A stretch of DNA of 64,000 nt from Oligoflexia bacterium (GTDB lineage Bacteria; Bdellovibrionota; Bdellovibrionia; JABDDW01). The translations under genes were made by a program, and so were the position numbers. Under the pieces are notes generated by a model. The model was not told where the DNA came from. It saw only the letters and a list, made by a program, of their open reading frames with translations, and made no database searches. Positions 28,875 through 38,433 of the stretch are shown here, piece after piece. The first letter of the stretch is position 1. Each line of letters opens with the position of its first letter. The stretch is from contig JAYTHU010000062.1 of the NCBI GenBank assembly GCA_043732305.1, positions 1-64,000 on the forward strand, given 5' to 3'.

Positions 28875-30053
28875 ATGGAAGAAATCGTAATTGTAGCTGG
28901 AAAAAGAACAGTATTCGGAGCGTTCGGCGGATCATTTAAAAATCTTTCGCCAACAGAACTTGGCGTTGCAGCCTCGATGGCAGCCATCTCTCAAGCTGGC
29001 GCAAAAGTAGAAAACATTGATCACGTTGTTTTTGGAAATGTGATTCAGAGCACCGCTGATTCTATCTATGCCCCAAGGCACATCGGTCTTAAATGCGGGA
29101 TACCCGAAAATGTTCCGGCCCTAGGGCTCAATCGCCTTTGCGGGAGCGGCTTTCAATCAATTATCACCGCGGCACAAATGATTTTAACTGGCGAGTCAAC
29201 TCTTGTCCTTGCTGGTGGAACCGAGAGCATGTCCACCATTCCATACATTGTGCGGGGAGCACGTTTTGGATATCGCATGGGTCCTGGCGAGTTCGAGGAT
29301 TACATGACCTCTGCATTAACCGATGCCTATACGGGAACCCCTATGGCAATCACGGCAGAAAATCTCGCCGAGAAATTTGAGATTTCGCGTGGTTCAGTAG
29401 ATGAGTACGCCTATCAATCTCAACAGCGATGTAAAGCGGCTCAAGAAAAAAATCTGTTCGAAATCGAAATTACTCCCGTTGAAGTGAAAGACAAAAAAGG
29501 AACATTAAAAGTTACTAAAGACGAACATCCTCGGCCAGAGACGACCATCGAAAGTTTAGGAAAGTTGAAATCGATTTTCAAAAAAGATGGTGTCGTAACC
29601 GCCGGAACAGCTTCTGGGATTGTGGATGGAGCGGCGGCTGTTTTAGTTTGCAATCGTAGTTATGCAGATAAGAATGGTTTGAAGCCTCTAGCAAAACTAG
29701 TTTCCTGGGCTTCTACTGGATGTGATCCAAAAATCATGGGCATTGGTCCAGTCAGCGCTAGTCAAAAAGCTCTCGAAAAAGCCAAGTTGAAACTTTCAGA
29801 TATGAATTTGGTCGAAGTGAACGAAGCTTTTGCAGCCCAATATTTGGCAGTCGAAAAAAATCTTGGACTTAACCGTGAAATCACTAACGTCAACGGCGGA
29901 GCCATCGCCATTGGCCATCCACTCGCAGCTTCCGGAACTCGTATAACTATGCACCTCATTTACGAACTCCAACGCCGCCAACAAAAATACGCTCTCGGCT
30001 CCGCTTGCATCGGCGGCGGCCAAGGCATCGCCGTCATCCTCGAACGCCTGTAG
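28875..30053 (+). CDS. Acetyl-CoA C-acyltransferase (thiolase)
   Basis: NRLCGSG, GGTESMS, EVNEAFA, NGGAIAIGHP and ACIGGGQG motifs. Confidence 0.97.
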   Translation: MEEIVIVAGKRTVFGAFGGSFKNLSPTELGVAASMAAISQAGAKVENIDHVVFGNVIQSTADSIYAPRHIGLKCGIPENVPALGLNRLCGSGFQSIITAAQMILTGESTLVLAGGTESMSTIPYIVRGARFGYRMGPGEFEDYMTSALTDAYTGTPMAITAENLAEKFEISRGSVDEYAYQSQQRCKAAQEKNLFEIEITPVEVKDKKGTLKVTKDEHPRPETTIESLGKLKSIFKKDGVVTAGTASGIVDGAAAVLVCNRSYADKNGLKPLAKLVSWASTGCDPKIMGIGPVSASQKALEKAKLKLSDMNLVEVNEAFAAQYLAVEKNLGLNREITNVNGGAIAIGHPLAASGTRITMHLIYELQRRQQKYALGSACIGGGQGIAVILERL

Positions 30054-30090
30054 GTACCAGGTTCTTTTTGGTAGCGCATGTGCGTCAAAA
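30052..30090 (+). repeat. 39-bp inverted repeat, left copy (REP-like)
   Basis: AGGTACCAGGTTCTTTTTGGTAGCGCATGTGCGTCAAAA; 36/39 identical to the reverse complement of 30888-30926. Confidence 0.9.
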
Positions 30091-30131
30091 CCAATTTGCA
30101 AGGCCGCGATCAAATGTGATAGGACATCCAC

Positions 30132-30887
30132 ATGACAATCCTAACTAAAGAAGAAATCAAATTAATGGCCAAAGTTTGCAAACTGGCAGCACGTTGCCTT
30201 GAGCACACGGGAAAGTTTGTAAAAGCCGGCATCACAACGAATGAATTGGACAAAATTGCCAATGACTTCGCACTTTCACATGGAGCAACTTCTGCCTGCT
30301 TTGGTTACCATGGTTACCCAAAAGCAATTTGCACATCAGTCAATGATGTCATTTGTCATGGAGTTCCCGGTAAAGAAATTCTCAAAGACGGTGACATTAT
30401 AAACATCGATATCACTTTGCTTCTGAATGGATTTCACGGAGACAATTCCTACACCTATTTCGTTGGCGAAGTTTCCGAACAAGCTAGAAAAATCACCGAG
30501 ATCGCTAAAAAAGCGAGGGAAAAGGGCATTGAGGCTATTAGACCCAATGGAACCACCGGAGACATTGGTTTTGCCATCGATAAATTCACCAGTAAAAATG
30601 GATATTACGTGGTCGAACAAATTGGAGGCCACGGTATTGGACGAGTTTTTCACGACGATCCATTCGTGCCTTCATTTGGCAAAAAAGGACGCGGCGATAA
30701 ACTCCTGGTTGGCGGATGCATAACGGTTGAGCCAATGATCAATGAGACGGATGCAGAAATGCTAACTTTTCAAATCCCGAATTCTTCAATTGAGTGGTAC
30801 TCCACCGAAGACAAAACTCTCTCGGCCCAATTTGAGCACACTGTTCTCATTACTGAAAACGGGCCGGAAATACTCACACACCCCTAA
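30132..30887 (+). CDS. map: Methionine aminopeptidase type I
   Basis: CTSVNDVICHGVP, NIDIT...GFHGD, GHGIG..FH, TVEPMIN and SAQFEHT motifs. Confidence 0.98.
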   Translation: MTILTKEEIKLMAKVCKLAARCLEHTGKFVKAGITTNELDKIANDFALSHGATSACFGYHGYPKAICTSVNDVICHGVPGKEILKDGDIINIDITLLLNGFHGDNSYTYFVGEVSEQARKITEIAKKAREKGIEAIRPNGTTGDIGFAIDKFTSKNGYYVVEQIGGHGIGRVFHDDPFVPSFGKKGRGDKLLVGGCITVEPMINETDAEMLTFQIPNSSIEWYSTEDKTLSAQFEHTVLITENGPEILTHP

Positions 30888-30926
30888 TTTTGACGCACCT
30901 ACGCTACCAAAATGAACCTGGTACCT
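30888..30926 (-). repeat. 39-bp inverted repeat, right copy (REP-like)
   Basis: TTTTGACGCACCTACGCTACCAAAATGAACCTGGTACCT begins immediately after the map stop codon. Confidence 0.9.
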
Positions 30927-30979
30927 TTTGGAGAGTTATGTCATAAATTGGGAACACAAAAAGTCACGAGGAAATACAT

Positions 30980-32155
30980 ATGAAGCCTTACGAAGGATCT
31001 GATTTTTACTCCATAGATTCACTTTTGAGCGACGAAGAAAAAATGATTAGGGACACGGTCCGAGATTTCGTTTCGAAAGAAGTAATACCTATTATTGAAA
31101 AACATGATCGCGAAGGTACTTTTCCCAAAGAATTAATTCCTCAGCTTGCTGATCTCGGAGTTTTCGGCGCCACCATAAAAGGTTATGGCTGCGCGGGACT
31201 AAGCTACGTTTCGTACGGACTCATCATGCAAGAATTAGAACGTGGCGACTCGGCCTTGAGAAGTTTTGTCAGCGTTCAAGGCGCATTGGCAATGAATGCC
31301 ATCTCAGCCTACGGATCTGAAGAACATAAAAATAAATACTTACCTGAAATGGCCAAAGGTAAAATGATTGGATGCTTCGGTTTGACCGAGCCCGACTTTG
31401 GCTCAAACCCTGGCGGCATGCTCACCAAAGCGCGAAAAGATGGCGAGAGCTATATTTTGAATGGCAATAAAATGTGGATCACGTCAGGAGGCATAGCAGA
31501 TGTGGCTGTTGTTTGGGGCAAAACAGAAGATGGAATCATCCGAGGTTTTCTAGTCGATAAAGGAACTCCCGGATTTACCACTAAAGACACTCATGGAAAA
31601 TTCTCACTAAGAGCAAGTGTCACAAGTGAACTGCATTTTCAAGATTGCCGCATTCCCGCGAGCAATCTCTTGCCAAATGTTCAAGGTCTCAGAGGACCGT
31701 TTGGTTGCTTGAATAATGCACGCTATGGAATTTCTTGGGGAGCTTTAGGAGCGGCCATGGGCTGCTTCTATGAAGCCACCCAATATGCAAAAACGAGAAT
31801 TCAGTTTGATCGTCCAATTGCAAGTTACCAATTGGTTCAAGCAAAGCTTGCCAACATGATGACTGAAATCACAAAAGGACAATTGCTTGCACTTCAACTT
31901 GGCCGTCTAAAAGATCAAGGCAAAGCCACTGCTCAACAAATCAGTATGGCTAAAATGAACAACGTTTCTGAAGCGTTGAAAATTGCTCGAGTGACACGGG
32001 ATATTCTTGGCGCCAGCGGAATTACCGATGAGTACCAATGTGGCCGTCACATGAGAAACCTTGAGAGCGTAAACACTTACGAGGGAACCGAAGACATTCA
32101 TCGCCTAGTTTTGGGCGAGCATATCACCGGAATCCCCGCTTACAGAGTCAACTGA
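30980..32155 (+). CDS. Acyl-CoA dehydrogenase, glutaryl-CoA dehydrogenase-like
   Basis: ELERGDS..RS..SVQ, GCFGLTEPDFGS.P, LNG.KMWIT, FSLRASVT, R.QF and TYEGT motifs. Confidence 0.92.
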   Translation: MKPYEGSDFYSIDSLLSDEEKMIRDTVRDFVSKEVIPIIEKHDREGTFPKELIPQLADLGVFGATIKGYGCAGLSYVSYGLIMQELERGDSALRSFVSVQGALAMNAISAYGSEEHKNKYLPEMAKGKMIGCFGLTEPDFGSNPGGMLTKARKDGESYILNGNKMWITSGGIADVAVVWGKTEDGIIRGFLVDKGTPGFTTKDTHGKFSLRASVTSELHFQDCRIPASNLLPNVQGLRGPFGCLNNARYGISWGALGAAMGCFYEATQYAKTRIQFDRPIASYQLVQAKLANMMTEITKGQLLALQLGRLKDQGKATAQQISMAKMNNVSEALKIARVTRDILGASGITDEYQCGRHMRNLESVNTYEGTEDIHRLVLGEHITGIPAYRVN

Positions 32156-32159
32156 CAGT

Positions 32160-32354
32160 TCAGACTTTTTTAACGTTAGTTGCTTTTTTGCCTTTAGGAG
32201 CGTCCCCGACTTCATACTCGACGCGATCGCCTTCTTTGGGCTCTTCTCCGCCTGGCAAATCTGACGAGTGAAGAAAAATATCTTCTCCGTCATCACCAGT
32301 GATAAAGCCGAAATGCTTCTTAGAATTGTACCACTTGATCTTACCCGTCTTCAT
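32160..32354 (-). CDS. Cold-shock protein
   Basis: GKIKWYN..K.FGFI and DIFLH (RNP1/RNP2); RBS GAGGAG; upstream TTGACG-N16-TAAAAT. Confidence 0.95.
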   Translation of the reverse strand: MKTGKIKWYNSKKHFGFITGDDGEDIFLHSSDLPGGEEPKEGDRVEYEVGDAPKGKKATNVKKV

Positions 32355-32456
32355 TCTGCTGTCTCCTCAAAGTTACAAAGGGTGTTTATTCAATTTTAAT
32401 TCAATTGAATCCTGCGTCAAGGTGAGACGCAGTCAGACAGCAAATCTGGTCCAAGG

Positions 32457-35108
32457 TCAGTAGGTGAAACCCATTCCACCTTTTTTGTTTATAGACTTTT
32501 CATTGAGTGCGCTAAACGAAACCTTCTCTAAAGTCAGCTTGCAGCTAGACCCTAAGGCGTTTGAGTTTGCAGATCCAGTCATGGTTTGCTTTTGAACGGC
32601 GGCATCGATGGCCTGTTCCACTTGGGTGATCCCTTGCCGAAAGCCAGATCGTGGATCAAAATATTCATCAGCGATTGCCGTAAGAAATTTATCTTCATTT
32701 TTTACGGTATAGTTTATGCCCGTTTGTCTTTTTTGCTCAGCTAACTTTTCCAGATACTTAGATTTAACGACTGCTAAAAACTCTTCTTTGGTTTGTGGAG
32801 GAGTGAATACCAGAACGAATTTCATTCGATTGATGAAATATTCAGACAGAGGGTTTCGATCATTCAGCATCGCTTGTTTTAATTCTTCGCCCACTATATT
32901 TGGATTTGCGACAACGGCATCTGCCCCTGCATTAGTAGCAAAAAACATTGTGGATTTTGTGGTCATCATTTCAACCACAGACTTGGCTCGTCCACTCAAA
33001 CCATCAATACTTTTACTCACGGCAATTGTTCCGGCATCTGTGACCGCTAGTAAAATATCTTGGATGTATTGAGGAGCTTTTTCGACTTCGTCAAACAGAA
33101 ACACTGTGAAAATACTTTTTTCTAACTCACGACCGATGTCTATTAGAAATTCTTCAGAAGTCCTTCCGGCGTAATGACTCAAAATGATTCTCTTGTAATT
33201 GAACCCCATGCTTTTAGCATAAACCATTGGAACAAAAGTTTTACCAACGCCCGCAGGACCTACGAGTAGTGCAAGACCCTGAGGAGTTTTACTCCCCGTG
33301 GTTTGATTGCTCGCCATCCTCTGCGCTGTGAAATCCAAAACAGCTTTAGCTTTTGGCAAACCAATCACAGCCTTGTTCATCTCCTTTTGATATTTGGCGT
33401 AGAGTTCTTTTCGTCCTTCAAAATCGAAAACACCTGGGTCAATGTTGTAGAGTTTGGCGGCAAATTTATCTAAATAATTGACGGTCACATTTGCAGGTGC
33501 CAGTCCGGGAATTTTGCTTTGAATTTTCAGGTGAGCATAAAAGCGATCTTGAAGTCTCACGGCTTTGTTCAAAGGCGATGCAATCGCATCAAACTCACGC
33601 GATAAGAAAGCAATACGGTCACGGATATTTTCTGGAAGAATTTCTTTCTTCTTAGTTTTTGCCCAATCAGCGAGTGCTTGTGTGATCATATCGTCAGGAA
33701 ACGCTGGTTTATTCACCAGAGTGAATCTCCTCATGAGACCATCATCACCGCCAAAAGCATTTTGAAATTTAGCGGGCTTGGACATAGCTATGATTCTAAG
33801 TGATCCATCTCCCAAGTAACTTTCGATTTTATTTATAATGTCCGATTCATTTCCAGTCGCACCACCGCCCCGCAATGTGTCTATTTCGTCGATAATTAAA
33901 ATGACGTCACGATTTCGAGCATAATCCATGAGCGCTTTCATTCGCGCTTCAGCTTGGCCGCGGAGAGAAGTTCCAGCTTCGATATCATCAACATGAATCT
34001 CTACAAACTTCGTCCAAACAGGAATTTCTGGAAATTTTCCCTCAGTCACGGCTTTCACAAAACTGCGAACAGTTTCAGATTTACCAGATCCAGCATCTCC
34101 AAGAATAACAACGTTCCGAGACTCTTCGGATTCTAATCCTTCGCGGATGCGATCACTCATATCTTCATCGAGTGCAAAAGTTTCTTTGCCCGCGCCAAGA
34201 TTTTCTTTGGTGTAATCTTTGAACACTCTAAAAATCATATCATTGAGATTTTCCTTGGCCCCATTTTCATTTGTGGCAGTGACATCGTTACTTGGCAAAT
34301 TAGGAGTTTTTCCGTTGAAAACGATTTTGTGTTCTAAAAGTGTAACTTGATAATTGTTTCCACCTTTTGCTTTATTAATCTCATAAGGATAAATTGAAAT
34401 CTTCTTGCTGGCAAACTCAACACCCTTAGAATCCAAGAAAGTAGCGCGGTCATCCGTCATTCCAACAGTCGCTTTTTTAGAAGCTTCAATCACCGCAAGA
34501 TCTTGGATCTCACCTTTTCTGTTTACAGCGAAATAGTGGGACGAAGGGCCGTTAGGACCTTGGCCAATAATCTTAAGAATACCAAGACCGGGTTCGGACG
34601 CTTGATAATACCAATGATGACTCACCCTGAATTCACCGATTTTGTGGCGGGCAATTTCAAATCCTGATGTACCAACGAGGGTAGAAAAATCGAGTGCCGT
34701 TTTCTCGCCATTTTGATTGATAACAAACAATCGGCCATCTACTTCCATAATAGTAAATTCAGAAATAAATTTTGAGTTAAACGTGACGGTATAATAATGG
34801 GAGCGAGATTGAGCATCGGCCCAGTTCATAATGTTATAGGGTGTGCGAGCCGGGTTCACATTGTCGTAAAATCTTTCAATATCGGCGCTAGAGAAAACGT
34901 TCTGCATTTTTTTGCCGTCAGCATCATAAATTTCGACTGTTCTGGATTTTGGAATGATTTTTAGGGTGTTACCATTAGTAAAACCAAAAATGAACTTTTC
35001 CTGCTGGCCATGGTTGACTGCAGTTGCAGATTCTGCAACTGCAGCGCTGCCCGAAACTAAAACTAAAACTGAAATTGATAAAAGAATTCCCCTGAATAAT
35101 TTAAACAT
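32457..35108 (-). CDS. Signal-peptide-bearing Clp/Hsp100-like double AAA+ ATPase
   Basis: Sec signal MFKLFRGILLSISVLVLVSGSAAVA; about 270-aa beta-rich N-domain. D1: GDAGSGKS / LIIDEID / LMRRF. D2: GPAGVGKT / FLFDEVEKA / FATNAG / EYFINR. Confidence 0.85.
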   Translation of the reverse strand: MFKLFRGILLSISVLVLVSGSAAVAESATAVNHGQQEKFIFGFTNGNTLKIIPKSRTVEIYDADGKKMQNVFSSADIERFYDNVNPARTPYNIMNWADAQSRSHYYTVTFNSKFISEFTIMEVDGRLFVINQNGEKTALDFSTLVGTSGFEIARHKIGEFRVSHHWYYQASEPGLGILKIIGQGPNGPSSHYFAVNRKGEIQDLAVIEASKKATVGMTDDRATFLDSKGVEFASKKISIYPYEINKAKGGNNYQVTLLEHKIVFNGKTPNLPSNDVTATNENGAKENLNDMIFRVFKDYTKENLGAGKETFALDEDMSDRIREGLESEESRNVVILGDAGSGKSETVRSFVKAVTEGKFPEIPVWTKFVEIHVDDIEAGTSLRGQAEARMKALMDYARNRDVILIIDEIDTLRGGGATGNESDIINKIESYLGDGSLRIIAMSKPAKFQNAFGGDDGLMRRFTLVNKPAFPDDMITQALADWAKTKKKEILPENIRDRIAFLSREFDAIASPLNKAVRLQDRFYAHLKIQSKIPGLAPANVTVNYLDKFAAKLYNIDPGVFDFEGRKELYAKYQKEMNKAVIGLPKAKAVLDFTAQRMASNQTTGSKTPQGLALLVGPAGVGKTFVPMVYAKSMGFNYKRIILSHYAGRTSEEFLIDIGRELEKSIFTVFLFDEVEKAPQYIQDILLAVTDAGTIAVSKSIDGLSGRAKSVVEMMTTKSTMFFATNAGADAVVANPNIVGEELKQAMLNDRNPLSEYFINRMKFVLVFTPPQTKEEFLAVVKSKYLEKLAEQKRQTGINYTVKNEDKFLTAIADEYFDPRSGFRQGITQVEQAIDAAVQKQTMTGSANSNALGSSCKLTLEKVSFSALNEKSINKKGGMGFTY

Positions 35109-35150
35109 TTGACCCCCTCGAATGTTTTCCCCAATTTGAAAAGTATATAT

Positions 35151-35166
35151 TGCAATCCGCGGTCCA
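35151..35166 (-). promoter_or_regulatory. sigma54 -24/-12 promoter of the exported AAA+ gene
   Basis: TGGACCGCGGATTGCA on the minus strand with exact spacing, 42 nt before the ATG. Confidence 0.65.
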
Positions 35167-35369
35167 GGAAGAGGCCTCAGTGATACTTGAAGTTCATGGA
35201 CAGTTCTTAGTAATTACTTCAAGAAATACTAAAGTATTCACATTGCTTAAATAGTCTGACAAGCCGGCTTGGCAGATTTTTAGGGACATTTTAGGGCACC
35301 GTTACAGAGTAAAAAAACCTTGTTACATGAGATTTAAGCACCCAAAAGCTCGTTGCTCCAAGGCAAGAC

Positions 35370-35385
35370 GGGCATAGGCCTTGCG
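35370..35385 (+). promoter_or_regulatory. sigma54 -24/-12 promoter
   Basis: GGGCATAGGCCTTGCG with exact spacing, 36 nt before the GTG at 35422. Confidence 0.65.
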
Positions 35386-35421
35386 ATAGTATTCACTTGA
35401 AACGTTACGGAGGTAACTCAA

Positions 35422-35670
35422 GTGGAACGATTATATAGGTATTTGCTTTTGGCTCTTTTTATCGTTGGTTTTGTCGGCGCAGTGTCAGGAATCGAATATT
35501 CGGGCCCTGCCGCAGTCGCCACGGTTGATTCTTCAGTCTCCCTAATCAAGGACGTGAGGCTCGCTCAAGAGATCAATAACCTCAATGAAGGACGTCTAAT
35601 GATCGAAGGTCAAGAAGACATGAACGAAAAGACTTTGACTCGCGTGGAACAGGTTTTCAGTCAGAAATAA
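35422..35670 (+). CDS. Small secreted or membrane-anchored hypothetical protein
   Basis: RBS GGAGGT; N-terminal hydrophobic segment; 82 aa. Confidence 0.7.
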   Translation: MERLYRYLLLALFIVGFVGAVSGIEYSGPAAVATVDSSVSLIKDVRLAQEINNLNEGRLMIEGQEDMNEKTLTRVEQVFSQK

Positions 35671-35712
35671 AATTCTCTTGCCCCTACTGTCGAAAACAGC
35701 GAAAAGTAGAGA

Positions 35713-38433
35713 ATGGAAAATTCAGAAACACCCCCCGCGGCGCCTACTATTGAAAAGGGTTATATCCCCACTCTTGTCGAACCAAAATGGTACGCTTTTT
35801 GGTTAGCGAAAAATTATTTCAAACCCGATGAAAATTCGACGGCTCCAACTTTTAGCGTCGTCATTCCTCCTCCAAACGTGACCGGCGTACTTCACATGGG
35901 CCATGCGCTCAATTGCACCATCCAAGATATTTTAGTTCGATTCAAAAGAATGCAAGGATTTAACACTGTCTGGATTCCAGGAATGGATCATGCCGGAATC
36001 TCCACGCAAATTGTCGTTGAAAAAATGCTCGCTAAAGACGGCATCAAGCGTGAAGTTTTGGGACGAGAAAAATTTGTTGAAAAAATCTGGGAATGGAAAG
36101 AGAAATCCGGCGGAATGATTCTTGAACAACAAAAGCGCCTAGGGATCAGTGTTGACTGGTCGCGATTGAAATTTACTTTAGATGAAGACATGTCTATGGC
36201 CGTCAAAAAAGTTTTTGTCGATTTGCACAAAGAAAAATTAATTTATCGTGGCAACAGACTTATCAACTGGTGCCCTCGGTGCGGTACCGCCGTGTCTGAC
36301 TTGGAAGTGAAACATCACGAAACCAAGGGAACCCTTTGGCATATCAAATATTTATTAGAAGATGGCACCGGCGAAGTTTTTGTCGCAACCACTCGTCCAG
36401 AAACTCTGCTAGGTGACACTGCGGTTGCCGTGAATCCCAAAGATGCTCGTTATAAAAATATTGTCGGCAAAAAAGTCAAACTTCCTCTGACCTCAAGAAC
36501 TATTCCTGTTATTGCCGACGACATGGTCGCACAAGAATTTGGAAGCGGAGTTGTGAAAATCACCCCCGCTCATGATTTCAACGATTATGAAACCGCACAA
36601 CGCAACGGTTTACCGATGATTGGAATTCTAGATAAAAAAGCAGTGCTAAATGAATATGCAGGAGCTTACAAGGGCCTCAAAGTTCACGACGCGCGTAAAA
36701 AAGTTTTGGAAGATCTAGTTACCGAAGGCTTATTGTTAAAAGAAGAATCGCATCTCATGTCTGTTGGGAAATGTGATCGTTGCGAAACCGTGATCGAACC
36801 CATGTTGTCGGACCAATGGTTTGTAAAAATCAAACCCCTTGCTGAACCAGCAATTAAAGTTGTCGAAAATAAAGATCTTAAATTCTATCCAGAAAACTGG
36901 TCCAAAACATATTTGGATTGGCTTTATAATATTAAGGATTGGTGCATTTCCCGTCAGCTCTGGTGGGGGCACCGCATTCCCGCTTGGTACTGTGATGATT
37001 GCAAACACATCACCGTCACAATGGACATTCCTCATAAATGTGAAAAGTGTGCAAGTGGAAAAATTCATCAAGATGAAGATGTTCTAGACACGTGGTTCAG
37101 TTCTTGGCTTTGGCCAATGAGCACCATGGGATGGCCTGATGAGACTCCGACACTTAAGAAATTTTATCCAACTTCTGTTCTAGTGACCGGATTTGATATT
37201 ATCTTCTTCTGGGTGGCCCGAATGGTCATGAGCGGACTACATTTTAAAAAGCAAATTCCATTTAAGGACGTTTATATCCATGCTCTGATTCGCGATGAAC
37301 GTGGGCAGAAAATGTCCAAGAGCAAAGGCAACGTTGTGGATCCATTAGACCTGGTCAATGATTATGGCACGGATGCTTTGAGATTCACGCTTGCTTCCAT
37401 GGTAGGAGCTGGACGAGATATCAAATTCAGTGAAGATCGATTAGATGGTTATCGCCATTTCATAAATAAAATTTGGAACGCGACAAGATTTTCACAAGGG
37501 GCTTTAGCCGAAGTAAAAATCGCAGAAAATATTGACGCCACCAAAATCACCTTATCTGACAAATTTATTATTTATGAATTGAAAAAGACTGTGGAAGAAG
37601 TCACAAAATCGCTTGAAGAATATCGTTTTACTGATGCGGCAACGAGTTTATATAAGTTCACTTGGAATGAATTCTGTGACTGGTACCTGGAATTTTCAAA
37701 ACCAACCTTGTATGGAACTGATCTTGAACAGAAGTCTCAATCGGGAGCTGTTCTTTATAAAGTATTAGACACTTTGATGAAGCTCTTGCATCCGTTCATT
37801 CCTTTTGTAACTGAAGAGATTTATCACTTATTGCCAAAACATGGCGAGAGTCTATGCGTTGAAAAATATCCGACAGTGGATGATCCATTCTTTATGTTGG
37901 CCTCGAGCGAAGCAGCGAGGGAAGTCGAAGCGGTGAAACTAGTTGTCTCCGCAGTGAGAAATATTCGTGGAGAGAACCGCATCAGTCCGGCAATTAAAAT
38001 TAAATTTTCCGTGGCCCTTGACGAAAAAAGTCCAACTTTTGCCGACTCAAAAAATGACAGTTTAAAAAACTTGAACATTCTGCGAGCAAACGACTCTTTT
38101 ATTCGTTCGCTAGGACGTGCTGAAGAAGTCACTTATTTTGAAACGATGCCTGAGACAAAAAAATCGGCCATCACACTGATCACGATGGGCTCTGCCCGCC
38201 TGCATGTAATTGTGCCTTTGGAGGGCTTGGTTGATTTCAATGAGGAGATCAAACGCTTAAATAAAGACTTGGAACGAGTAGCCAAAGATTATGAAATGGC
38301 CGAAAAGAAACTTTCCACTGAAACATTCATCAAGAACGCGCCCAAAGAGATAGTTGAACAAGAGAAGCTTCGTATCGTGCAACTTCAGGACAAGAAAAAG
38401 CAATTGTTGGAGAGCTTGGCTCTGCTGAAATGA
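35713..38433 (+). CDS. valS: Valine-tRNA ligase
   Basis: PPPNVTG.LHMGHA, DHAGI.TQ, ATTRPET, DWCISRQLWWGH, KMSKS and a C-terminal coiled coil. Confidence 0.99.
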   Translation: MENSETPPAAPTIEKGYIPTLVEPKWYAFWLAKNYFKPDENSTAPTFSVVIPPPNVTGVLHMGHALNCTIQDILVRFKRMQGFNTVWIPGMDHAGISTQIVVEKMLAKDGIKREVLGREKFVEKIWEWKEKSGGMILEQQKRLGISVDWSRLKFTLDEDMSMAVKKVFVDLHKEKLIYRGNRLINWCPRCGTAVSDLEVKHHETKGTLWHIKYLLEDGTGEVFVATTRPETLLGDTAVAVNPKDARYKNIVGKKVKLPLTSRTIPVIADDMVAQEFGSGVVKITPAHDFNDYETAQRNGLPMIGILDKKAVLNEYAGAYKGLKVHDARKKVLEDLVTEGLLLKEESHLMSVGKCDRCETVIEPMLSDQWFVKIKPLAEPAIKVVENKDLKFYPENWSKTYLDWLYNIKDWCISRQLWWGHRIPAWYCDDCKHITVTMDIPHKCEKCASGKIHQDEDVLDTWFSSWLWPMSTMGWPDETPTLKKFYPTSVLVTGFDIIFFWVARMVMSGLHFKKQIPFKDVYIHALIRDERGQKMSKSKGNVVDPLDLVNDYGTDALRFTLASMVGAGRDIKFSEDRLDGYRHFINKIWNATRFSQGALAEVKIAENIDATKITLSDKFIIYELKKTVEEVTKSLEEYRFTDAATSLYKFTWNEFCDWYLEFSKPTLYGTDLEQKSQSGAVLYKVLDTLMKLLHPFIPFVTEEIYHLLPKHGESLCVEKYPTVDDPFFMLASSEAAREVEAVKLVVSAVRNIRGENRISPAIKIKFSVALDEKSPTFADSKNDSLKNLNILRANDSFIRSLGRAEEVTYFETMPETKKSAITLITMGSARLHVIVPLEGLVDFNEEIKRLNKDLERVAKDYEMAEKKLSTETFIKNAPKEIVEQEKLRIVQLQDKKKQLLESLALLK

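Noticed and set aside
30052..30926. IS element or CRISPR interpretation of the 39-bp repeats
   Set aside because: Only two copies, inverted, with no transposase, spacers or cas genes.
32457..35108. ClpV (T6SS) or ordinary ClpA/ClpB
   Set aside because: No T6SS genes in the window, no Clp-N repeats, pore loops altered and a signal peptide present.
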